Made by a program: the position numbers and the translations under genes. The notes below the pieces were generated by a model. That model saw only the letters and a list, made by a program, of their open reading frames with translations, was not told the DNA's origin and did no database searches. A DNA stretch of 64,000 nucleotides from Candidatus Poribacteria bacterium (GTDB lineage Bacteria > Poribacteria > WGA-4E > WGA-3G): contig CAXXLX010000001.1 of NCBI GenBank assembly GCA_963665235.2, forward strand, positions 1,376,001-1,440,000, written 5' to 3'. Shown here one piece after another: positions 21,201-28,526 of the stretch; the first letter of the stretch is position 1, and every line of letters begins with the position of its first letter.

Positions 21201-21964
21201 CGGAACACCCTCACACTGCTGAACCCTCGAACCAAGGCGTTGAAACGGTTGTCCCGCTTACCGCAATCGCCGAGCAGGATGTTGGCGAACTTCCTGAAGC
21301 CGCCACCCCGATGGACGATATTGACCTGATGGATAACATTGAAAAATTGAAGGCTGAAATCGCAGCGATGGGGGCAGTCAACCTAAAGGCAATTGAGGCA
21401 CATGAGGAGCATAAAAAACGGTATGACTTTCTCGTCTCTCAACGTGCCGATATACAAAAGTCCATTCAATCCACCTATCAGGCGATACAGAAGATTAACC
21501 AAACCTCGCGGGAGGTATTCCTGAAAACATTTGAGCAGGTGCAAACCAACTTCCAAGAGGTGTTCGTCCAACTCTTCGGCGGCGGCGAAACGGAGCTCCG
21601 ATTAACCGACGAGTCCGATGTGCTCGATTCGGGCATTGATATCATTGCACGTCCGCCGGGCAAACGTCCACAAAGCATCACACAGCTTTCTGGCGGCGAA
21701 CGTTCCCTTGTCGCCATCGGGTTGCTTTTCGCTGTTTTCAAAATCAAGCCGAGCCCGTTCTGTGTCTTAGATGAAGTGGATGCCTCACTTGACGAGGCAA
21801 ATGTCCTCCGCTTCACAAATCTTATCCGTGCTTATGCGGAGAACACACAATTTGTCATTATCACACACAACCGGCGCACGATGGAAATCGCTGACGCAAT
21901 GTACGGCGTGACGATGGAACAGGCGGGAATGTCAAAAATTGTCTCTGCCAAGTTTGCAGCCTAG
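18272..21964 (+). CDS. smc: chromosome segregation protein SMC
   Basis: GFKSF, GPNGCGKSN, hinge region, LSGGE, LDEVDA. Confidence 0.97.
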   Translation: MHLNRIKISGFKSFAEEVELILEPGVTTIVGPNGCGKSNVSDAIRWVLGEQSARALRCTNMRELLFNGGANFSPARKAEVGLFFSDISENLTIGSPEVEVQRQLTRDGESSYLINQTPCRLRDISELFMDTGVGVDAYSVMEQRKIDVILNVRPEERRFLFDEVAGITKYKHRKKTAIRKLEETEQNLVRINDIIKELQHETESLKAQAEQAERYQSLQAQLRELELSLAYREYMQLATEYRETQNSLEAALNDAAEANQQLQDAEEQLEGASLRRSELDTSISGVEEKLRSISEEIEKIERQIVLHKERQLSIQQQRQRALQTLESLKVQQENLVIQKRERTQEQKKLESAFKIEESRLTARQQLLTQLSERLNAAKESVQEAEAGLQETATELTQQENKRLAIEHKVTNTSSNLERIQENSDSLKRQLKTATDARSEVQRAEVQLKADLLQIDTEKKQAEASLRENQDALRKVESEMRGLQDTLGGSVSRLKSLQELQSAYEGYYTGVRAIMQAKTHLPDEFNGICGVVAELLSTDTEYELAIEVALGSAIQNVVTETAEDADAGIAFLKKHRAGRVTFLPLDILRGRTFSDDRLLNEPGVIGIAQELLDYDSRYEIAMQHLLGNTLVIEDLDAAVALTRRFRPNARLVTLDGEVINTSGAITGGHSNQKTTGLLSRARELEVLESRIGQLQQQATEKDEKRKTYAATIATLQQTRQKLTTQWQNKQIEQTALAKDIEQANEQVTRLETQLAAVEVENRELRETIAVSREEQQTLDVEIAELTKKRTLTQRRIQRINEQIQSETRKQEEVATACQQMEVFLAGQRQKLQGLTDEIQTLTETQRQTAENIEEQQTIIDSDEQTKHDLGEQIETAQREFLRIEGNRAEAETEREERIEERNTLIAEITNRQKEMRATRRQFEKHNRIRHQLEVKTTQLEMQMKSNSARIFDKYQLSLEEIPLPLLGEVAPPEAHPETEHPHTAEPSNQGVETVVPLTAIAEQDVGELPEAATPMDDIDLMDNIEKLKAEIAAMGAVNLKAIEAHEEHKKRYDFLVSQRADIQKSIQSTYQAIQKINQTSREVFLKTFEQVQTNFQEVFVQLFGGGETELRLTDESDVLDSGIDIIARPPGKRPQSITQLSGGERSLVAIGLLFAVFKIKPSPFCVLDEVDASLDEANVLRFTNLIRAYAENTQFVIITHNRRTMEIADAMYGVTMEQAGMSKIVSAKFAA

Positions 21965-22005
21965 AAGTCATTTCATTTCGCAAAATTCACAATTATTTAT
22001 ACGCT

Positions 22006-22050
22006 ACTGTTTATGAGTCGGCACACGCTATAGGCCGCCTCATAAACAGT
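22006..22050 (+). terminator. hairpin after smc
   Basis: ACTGTTTATGAG...CTCATAAACAGT 12-bp outer stem followed by T run. Confidence 0.6.
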
Positions 22051-22540
22051 TTTCAAAAGTGTGATGCGGAAGCACACTGCCCCAAGTCCGCGTCAACCGG
22101 AATTCAGCCAATTTCTTCCTTTTACCCTCTTCACATTTAACCTTAAAAAAGTTGACAAAACACAGAAATGAACGGATATATAGAGAAAGATGTCCTGTGT
22201 GATGGACAACACCCAAAAAAGTTGACACCGCACACGTGGGGTGTGTAAAGTTTTTGTACAAGGGAATTCTGTTTCTGATAGAAGGCGGAACATCGCTATA
22301 AAAAACGGCAAAACATCGCGTGCACAGCACGCTCCTACAGAAAAACAGGGATGCTATAATACACAAGGCAGAAAAAACAAAACTCTACAGTCTATCTCAT
22401 AAATCGTTTACCTGCTCTCTTTCAGAAAAATCACACTTTCATTAGTATTCGGGCAAACTGCCCGCTCCTTAAGGGCGAGGTTTCCTCGCCTTCATAAAGA
22501 ATAGCAATACGTCTATCGCAGGCGTTAAGGAGAGGAAAAC

Positions 22541-23323
22541 ATGTTACGTGACTACTTCACAAACCGATGGATTATCGGGGCGTTTTGTTTCCTGATTGTT
22601 TTCGGTATCGCTTGCTACTTCTACTATCAACATGAGCTGGCCCCCTATGAACAACTGGCAGAAGATAACGCTGAACTGCGCCGCCAAGCGGAACAAGCGT
22701 TTGCCGAGCGAAATGCGCGAAAACAAAAATTACCAGAGGCAATAGCAAACACACCCTCTGATGGTGTGTTGGAAACCGACACGCTTTTCACCCAGCAGGA
22801 GACTCCACTTCGGAACTCAGATGAAACTTCCGATTTGGTAACACACACCGCGGGTAGCACAGAGAACACCGTCAAGGTTTCCCCTTATGGGTTCGGACCG
22901 TATCCAGAGGTCCCTCAAGGGTTTATTGATGCCATAGGTCTTCCTTTTTGGCTTCATCCCGCTGAGTTACTCGATAGCAGGGCGAATCCCCCAAGTGCCG
23001 AAGTAGAGTTAATGCAACGCGTTATGGTTAAGCTTTGGAAACAAGGACGGACTGATGTAGAAGCTGCGTACATGGATAATGGAAGAGTTATAGTCCATTA
23101 CAAGAACCGTGCCTATGTCAGGTATGCTATGAAGAAAACTCCCGATGGCAAAGAGCTCCGTTGGCTCAAATCGTGGCGTTCGGGAAGCGTCCCTATCCCA
23201 ACTTGGAATCCAAGTGACCCTTACGATACAGGAGATCGAGACATCCCTCCTGGTGTGGAATTAATAGACTTGGACAAAGTAGATCCAAGCATAGACCCCT
23301 ATGAATTTTTAGGGTTAAACTAA
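22541..23323 (+). CDS. hypothetical membrane-anchored protein
   Basis: N-terminal TM; VSPYGFGPYPEVP and IDPYEFL motifs; AAGGAGAGG RBS. Confidence 0.75.
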   Translation: MLRDYFTNRWIIGAFCFLIVFGIACYFYYQHELAPYEQLAEDNAELRRQAEQAFAERNARKQKLPEAIANTPSDGVLETDTLFTQQETPLRNSDETSDLVTHTAGSTENTVKVSPYGFGPYPEVPQGFIDAIGLPFWLHPAELLDSRANPPSAEVELMQRVMVKLWKQGRTDVEAAYMDNGRVIVHYKNRAYVRYAMKKTPDGKELRWLKSWRSGSVPIPTWNPSDPYDTGDRDIPPGVELIDLDKVDPSIDPYEFLGLN

Positions 23324-23329
23324 AGTAAA

Positions 23330-23501
23330 CTAAACTTTGGACAATTTTAGGAGTTTGCCTAATCGCTCCGCTGGGAAAACCGGACTTTTGCACATCGGAG
23401 GTTATTTTTCCCCTGTTTGTCCTTGTGTGTGCAACAGTGAGAAAAATCAGCAATGCTTTGCGAATCGGGCATCAGGCACACAGATATTGCCCAAACTATA
23501 G
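23330..23501. mobile_element. MITE family A, copy 1 (172 bp)
   Basis: ends CTAAACTTTGGACAAT / ATTGCCCAAACTATAG; 9-bp flanking direct repeat TAAAGTAAA (23321-23329 and 23502-23510). Confidence 0.8.
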
Positions 23502-23700
23502 TAAAGTAAAAGGAGAGAACGACAATGCGTTTTATACGATGCAAAACGTCAAAGGCAAGAGTCATTTAGGGGCTAAAGCCATGGGCTGGATAATAAACGA
23601 AGTAAAATTTCAGACAAATACTGGCCGTAAGTACCCTCTGAATGATGTTGCTTCAACCAATGCAGAGATTTAGTAAACCCGAGCCTTAATGATATTTTGA

Positions 23701-23734
23701 CAGGCAGGCCCTCGTGGGGCCTGCCTGCCTTTTT
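23701..23734 (+). terminator. intrinsic terminator
   Basis: CAGGCAGGCCC-loop-GGGCCTGCCTG followed by T run. Confidence 0.7.
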
Positions 23735-24098
23735 AGCGCAAAGACGGATTCGCTACATAAGCCCGCAACACCTGTCTCCTCACGTTCTCACCGGAAAATC
23801 ATATTTCTGTTGCAATAACGATAACCCCAAATAGATGGAGATAGGCAGATGGGTGTGTCCAGTTTTTGTACTATATGTCAACTTAGGGGTTGATACTTCC
23901 CCCAACACACCGCGATATTTTTTCTGAAGAAAACTGGAACCGTTCGCAACTAACCTAACAGCACCGCCAAACATTTTTCGCTTACGGTGTGTGAAGATAT
24001 TTTCAGTATTCGGACAAACAGTTCCCCGCTCCTCAGGAGCGAGGTCCCCCCGCCCATTAGACGCCCGGCACCGTGGGCACGGCGCATGGGGTTACATC

Positions 24099-24179
24099 GT
24101 AGGGGCGAGGGCACCTCGCCTGTTATACCCTCTAAATCCCATTATCATATCGACTTATCAACGCGCTGCGTAAGGCCTG
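24099..24179 (-). repeat. REP plus partial MITE family B end
   Basis: GTAGGGGCGAGG..CCTCGCC REP; 24128-24179 is a diverged reverse complement of 43397-43448. Confidence 0.65.
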
Positions 24180-24234
24180 CGTAACTATACACCTACCTCA
24201 ACAGAGCACCGTCAACACACGATTCAAAAAAGTG

Positions 24235-24263
24235 TTGACATTTCTATATCATTTTGGTATCCT
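24235..24263 (+). promoter_or_regulatory. sigma70-like promoter
   Basis: TTGACA-N17-TATCCT with TG extended -10. Confidence 0.5.
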
Positions 24264-24708
24264 GTACATACATAATGGAAAAGCACGCCTGTTTTTACCA
24301 ATGCGAAAGGTGAGTACGGCTTCGAGCGTAAAGTGCCGGTCGGGTATAATAACCCAAGTTGCTACTTATAAGTTTTTAGACTTGGAAACACCGTCTTTAA
24401 TGAAAATATGCTGATAATTAGGTAATATTTGTACCGTCCACTTTTAGTTTGCAAACAAATATGCACAATCTGGAAGATTATGCTACTATGTGGCAACTTA
24501 GGTTATGTAGGTGAAATTGACGGTGTCAAATGGTTTCTTGGAATGCCTCGACTCCGGCTTCCCTTATCGTCAGGCATTCCGAAGCAGGTTGATTTTACGA
24601 TACCCACAGAGCTCAATTTAAGTGTCAACATAGACGACAAACCTGATAAGGATGCAAAGTAGGAGACACACGCTGCTGCGGTTTCCATCACCCATAAGGA
24701 AAAACGTT

Positions 24709-25671
24709 ATGTTCAACCGCAATCAACTCAAAATCCTGCCGCTCTCTGAACGCCAGCATAAGATGACTGTGGCAGATGTCTATCCCTTAGATGCCGAAAC
24801 CCTACCGTACCAAAATGAACGGCTCCGCAGCGTTGCCGAGCGTATCCTCGAAGCTCACCAGCACAGCAAACAGGTGATTTGGATGATGGGCGCGCACGTG
24901 ATGCGACGCGGCAACTCCCGCTTTATTATTGACCTGATGACGCGCGGTCTGATAACACATATCGCCACGAACGGCGCGTGTGCTATACACGATTTTGAAC
25001 TTGCACACATCGGGGCGACGCTTGAAGATGTTGAGGTCTACATTCGCGATGGCAAATTCGGCAACTGGGAGGAAACGGGTCGCTATCTGAACGAGGCTAT
25101 CGTCCGAGGCTATCGGGATAAAATCGGTTTCGGCGAAGCGGTCGGCAGATTAATTCAGGAGGGTGAAGCGGGTATCGCTTTTCCGCATCGGGACGTGAGT
25201 ATATTCGCTGCGGCATACCGATTAGGTGTCCCGCTCACTGTTCATAAAGGCATCGGCTATGACATTACCGACCAGCATCCGGCTGCCGATTTCGCTGCTA
25301 TCGGATGGACAACAGGTGAGGATTTTCTCCGCTTTGCACACAGGGTGTCCCAATTGGAGGGCGGCGTTTTTCTCAACTTAGGCTCCGCTGTGATGGGCCC
25401 GGAGGTCTACCTCAAAAGCCTTTCTATGGCACGCAACATCGCTGCACAAAACGACACGGAGATTCGGCACTTCACTACCGCCAACTTTGACCTTATCGAC
25501 TTTCCCGATTTTCAGGCGGAAGGAAAACCGACCGATGCACACTATTATCACCGGCCCAAAAAAACGATCCTTATCCGGACCGTCAAAGATGGCGGCGAAA
25601 GCTATCACATCTCTGGCGATTTTTCTGTTACAGTTCCGCAGCTGTACCGTCTTATTTGTGGGCAAATCTAA
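24709..25671 (+). CDS. conserved hypothetical protein, deoxyhypusine-synthase-like fold (GSU2086-like)
   Basis: MGAHV, ATNGA..IHDFE, GSAVMGPEVYLK motifs; AAGGA RBS. Confidence 0.6.
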   Translation: MFNRNQLKILPLSERQHKMTVADVYPLDAETLPYQNERLRSVAERILEAHQHSKQVIWMMGAHVMRRGNSRFIIDLMTRGLITHIATNGACAIHDFELAHIGATLEDVEVYIRDGKFGNWEETGRYLNEAIVRGYRDKIGFGEAVGRLIQEGEAGIAFPHRDVSIFAAAYRLGVPLTVHKGIGYDITDQHPAADFAAIGWTTGEDFLRFAHRVSQLEGGVFLNLGSAVMGPEVYLKSLSMARNIAAQNDTEIRHFTTANFDLIDFPDFQAEGKPTDAHYYHRPKKTILIRTVKDGGESYHISGDFSVTVPQLYRLICGQI

Positions 25672-25675
25672 CTCT

Positions 25676-26455
25676 TTAATCGGACTTTGAAACCTTTATC
25701 GCTCCCCAGGTGAGTGTTAATTTCTGGGTCGGTTCGACGACAGCGAGTCCCACCGCGTCAAGATTGTTTTTAATCTCCGCTTGACTGAGGCCACGGTTGT
25801 AAATGCGAAGTTCGTCAAGAAGACCGTTGAAAGGAAGTCCCGCCTTTCTGTCACCCATCCAAAAGTTCTCTCCATTGTCTTTGAGAGCCCCTTCGAATTC
25901 CTTCTTACTATCCTCTTCGCCATTAATGTAAATTATCGCCTCAGCACCGTCGTAAACGCCAGCAATGTGATGCCATTTACCTACATCGAGCTGAGCTACG
26001 CTTTGAAAGGGCCACGTCTCTACCGCCCCGTTCCAGATATTAAAATCCACCTGATTTCGGTCTGACCATGCAATCACATAGGTATTACTTCCCGACCTTG
26101 ACAGGCCTGCGATAATCGCCCACCCGGGTTTTTCGGGTTTTATCCACATCTCCAATGTAATCTGAGCACCGAACTCGGTTAAACTCTTATCTGCTCCGCA
26201 ATCAACGTGCCCCCCACTAAACTTGAGTGCTTCACCGATTTTACCGTTAACCACCTCAACATTCCCGTTCATGGTTCCGCTGTTTGCACCGAAGAGGTCT
26301 TTAACCGTTTTACCCGTAATGGAATCCTTATTGAACGACCAATAACTCACCAAACCATCAGTAATTGCATCGCGCGTGTGTGCTACATTTGTAGCCATTA
26401 AAACGAGTCCTATTAGGACTATAACAAACATTTGTCTCGCAGTTCTGTTAATCAT
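25676..26455 (-). CDS. secreted LamG/concanavalin A-like domain protein
   Basis: signal peptide; LVSYWSF, WHHIAGVYDG, FNGLLDELRIYN; C-terminal VEPTQKLTLTWGAIK. Confidence 0.9.
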   Translation of the reverse strand: MINRTARQMFVIVLIGLVLMATNVAHTRDAITDGLVSYWSFNKDSITGKTVKDLFGANSGTMNGNVEVVNGKIGEALKFSGGHVDCGADKSLTEFGAQITLEMWIKPEKPGWAIIAGLSRSGSNTYVIAWSDRNQVDFNIWNGAVETWPFQSVAQLDVGKWHHIAGVYDGAEAIIYINGEEDSKKEFEGALKDNGENFWMGDRKAGLPFNGLLDELRIYNRGLSQAEIKNNLDAVGLAVVEPTQKLTLTWGAIKVSKSD

Positions 26456-26618
26456 TTTGCCCTCCGTTTCGGCATGTTGAACGTGAGTTTGATAAACACA
26501 AGATACGTTAAAAAAGAAACCTTCACAAAAGAAGTTCTCCATGATTATTATATCACTTTTCTGTAAAATTGACATTAGAATCACAACATCTTGCCAATAA
26601 CCAATAGCCAACGGCAGA

Positions 26619-27008
26619 TTAGTCGCTTGTGGTAGGATTTACGGTTACCTCGGGGCGCTCTGCTAAGACGCTGTCGAAGAGGGCGCGTCGCTCTGCTGCC
26701 AAATCTTCATACACAATCCTCGCGATGTCGGGCCCGACTGCCTGGAGTTTATCCTCCAAACCCGCCTCCTGGATACGGACAGTGGCAGTGAAGGCACCCT
26801 TATCCAGATCAAGCGGAAACCCCTCCTCCTGTTTGACACCATCTATGGCATACCGAACACGGCCCATGAAGAGCGGCCCATATCCCTTATGGTACCGGAG
26901 CTCTACGCTGAGCAGTTCTATAGAATCAGTGAAGGGCACACGGCCGGCCAGGTCAAGCGTCCTATACGTGATTTCGAGCCTATTAACGTTATCAACAATA
27001 TGTTTCAT
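26619..27008 (-). CDS. hypothetical protein, separated from its promoter and RBS by the isrB element
   Basis: 129-aa ORF from ATG at 27008, abutting the element right end. Confidence 0.65.
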   Translation of the reverse strand: MKHIVDNVNRLEITYRTLDLAGRVPFTDSIELLSVELRYHKGYGPLFMGRVRYAIDGVKQEEGFPLDLDKGAFTATVRIQEAGLEDKLQAVGPDIARIVYEDLAAERRALFDSVLAERPEVTVNPTTSD

Positions 27009-27038
27009 CAAAATCTTCGGTGTGGAGACCCCGTTGCT

Positions 27039-27836
27039 TTAGCACGGGGAGGAAACACCGCTCCTATATTGAAAGTTCAAGCGTGTGAGGACTTGAAAAT
27101 CTGTGCGTTTCGCACCCGTTGTGAGGCGTTGACCTTCTAAGCTATAGATAGAAAACACCCCTTTCGCATTAATACCCGTAATAGGATGTCCTCGGTGGGA
27201 CCTCGGACGTGTGATACCGTGTTTGCCGTGCTTTATCAGCGTGTTTTTCACAAGTCCTTCGCCTAACACAGTTCCGCCATATCTTGACCGCATTCCGCCC
27301 TTTGCCGGTTGTTCTCGGTGCAAGTTCCGCCTTGCTACGGGTATCGGGGATATGCAAAAAACGGATGTATTGTCGGGTTTCAGTGCCATGGCTTTCTTTG
27401 TGTTGCCATTGACAACCGAATGTGCCATCACCCAACTATCAACACAATGTGCATAGAAGTCATCAGAGAGTTTGTCTTGGCTCTTCTCTAATCCTAATGC
27501 CTTCCTCCGCGCAGAAGTCCACCTGCCTTTATAGCAAAACACATTTCCAACGCCATAGCGTGCTATCAACTCAGAGACAAACCAGCGTTTACCGACTTCT
27601 AACGGGCTAAAAGATGTGTTCCATCGCTTCTTACCCGGTTTTGTTCTTGCCTTGATGTCCTCCACACAGATTTTTTTGACAGGATACAAGTCAGACAACC
27701 AATCCAGGATGCGGAGTTTCCAATCCCAACGGGCACGCGTGCCTAACGATAGGCGGAACACTAGCCCACAGAGGCTATCTCTAAATGTCCACGCCAATGG
27801 TGTCCGTAGATCCTTTGTTTTGACTGGCACAAACAT
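27039..27836 (-). CDS. isrB: IsrB C-terminal half (RuvC-II and RuvC-III, no HNH), translated from a duplicated start
   Basis: TRARWDWKLRIL, ICVEDIKA, AHCVDSW, RRNLH; no HNH between RuvC-II and III. Confidence 0.75.
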   Translation of the reverse strand: MFVPVKTKDLRTPLAWTFRDSLCGLVFRLSLGTRARWDWKLRILDWLSDLYPVKKICVEDIKARTKPGKKRWNTSFSPLEVGKRWFVSELIARYGVGNVFCYKGRWTSARRKALGLEKSQDKLSDDFYAHCVDSWVMAHSVVNGNTKKAMALKPDNTSVFCISPIPVARRNLHREQPAKGGMRSRYGGTVLGEGLVKNTLIKHGKHGITRPRSHRGHPITGINAKGVFSIYSLEGQRLTTGAKRTDFQVLTRLNFQYRSGVSSPC

Positions 27837-28189
27837 AAGTTTGTTTTCTCCTTTCGGGTATATATTGCACACTTCCGAGAACGTCTCCCTCGGCGGAGTT
27901 CACGTCTTTTCTCAACCTTCTTGCCAACTTTGTTATGTGCATCTGCCTGCACGTTCAGATACGTATGGGCCTCAGATTTGACAGTAAATCCCTCTTTCTT
28001 ACTTCCCGGATCCACACCGACAACGATGTCTTGTGTTTCTCTATCACTCGGTTCTTTGTTGAGACGGACACAATAGACACCGTTGTTCCAATAAGGCGTT
28101 GCCTCACCGCGTTTGACAAGTTTCCTCGCACGTGCAGCATGCATCGGCATCAGCTGTTGTCCATCCTTTGTTTTGACTGGCACAAACAT
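27761..28189 (-). pseudogene. isrB: IsrB N-terminal half (PLMP/RRXRR, RuvC-I, bridge helix) with a foreign C-terminus
   Basis: QLMPMHAARARKL, VGVDPGSKKEG, RRELRRGRRSRK; ends in the recG-derived HWRGHLEIASVG*. Confidence 0.8.
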
Positions 28190-28204
28190 AAGTTTGTTTT
28201 CTCC

Positions 28205-28400
28205 TTTCGGGTATATATTGCCCCATCCAGATCAGGGGTTCGTAGTGGGATCAGACTTGGGGAGCATCCGAAACATACTTTAGGCTGCCACGCCCAGAAC
28301 CCCCGATATATTACTGTAGTCAACAAGTTACCCTTGTCTCTGTGATAGCCTTGGCGGGCATCAAAGACAAGCCCCCATGCTTTAGCTGGGGGTTATTGAC
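28205..28400 (-). ncRNA. omegaRNA (HEARO-like) scaffold
   Basis: lies between the element left end and the isrB RBS; starts GTCAA..CCCC..CTAAAG..GGGG; contains GTTGACTA and GGATGCTCCCCAAGTCTG segments typical of this RNA class. Confidence 0.75.
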
Positions 28401-28419
28401 TGGAGTTCTCCTTTTCATA

Positions 28420-28449
28420 AGTTTATCATGCACTATGGCTCTATGTCAA
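28420..28449 (-). promoter_or_regulatory. sigma70 promoter now driving omegaRNA/isrB
   Basis: TTGACA-N18-TAAACT with TG extension; followed by AAAAGGAG SD. Confidence 0.65.
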
Positions 28450-28462
28450 GGCGATTTCTATA

Positions 28463-28491
28463 GTGGGTGTGTAAAGTTTTTATACACCCGC
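28463..28491. terminator. palindrome after recG
   Basis: GTGGGTGTGTAAAGTTTTTATACACCCGC; related degenerate copy at about 22236-22262. Confidence 0.5.
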
Positions 28492-28526
28492 AGAGGCATT
28501 TAGCTCTCCTAACGATAGGCGGAACG

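Larger units (their letters stand above)
27009..28400 (-). mobile_element. IS200/IS605-superfamily OMEGA element (omegaRNA + isrB, no tnpA)
   Basis: left end GTCAATAACCCCCAGCTAAAGCATGGGGGCTTG; right-end hairpin TTCCTCCCCGTGCTAAAGCAACGGGGTCTCC; 3' flank ATGA; no TSD. Confidence 0.88.

Noticed and set aside
22040-22540. small ORFs or an origin-like region after smc (AAAAAAGTTGACA x2)
   Set aside because: ORFs lack RBS and motifs; no DnaA-box cluster seen; the repeats resemble -35 elements
27039-28189. IscB or Cas9-like nuclease
   Set aside because: no HNH motif between RuvC-II and RuvC-III, and the size fits IsrB
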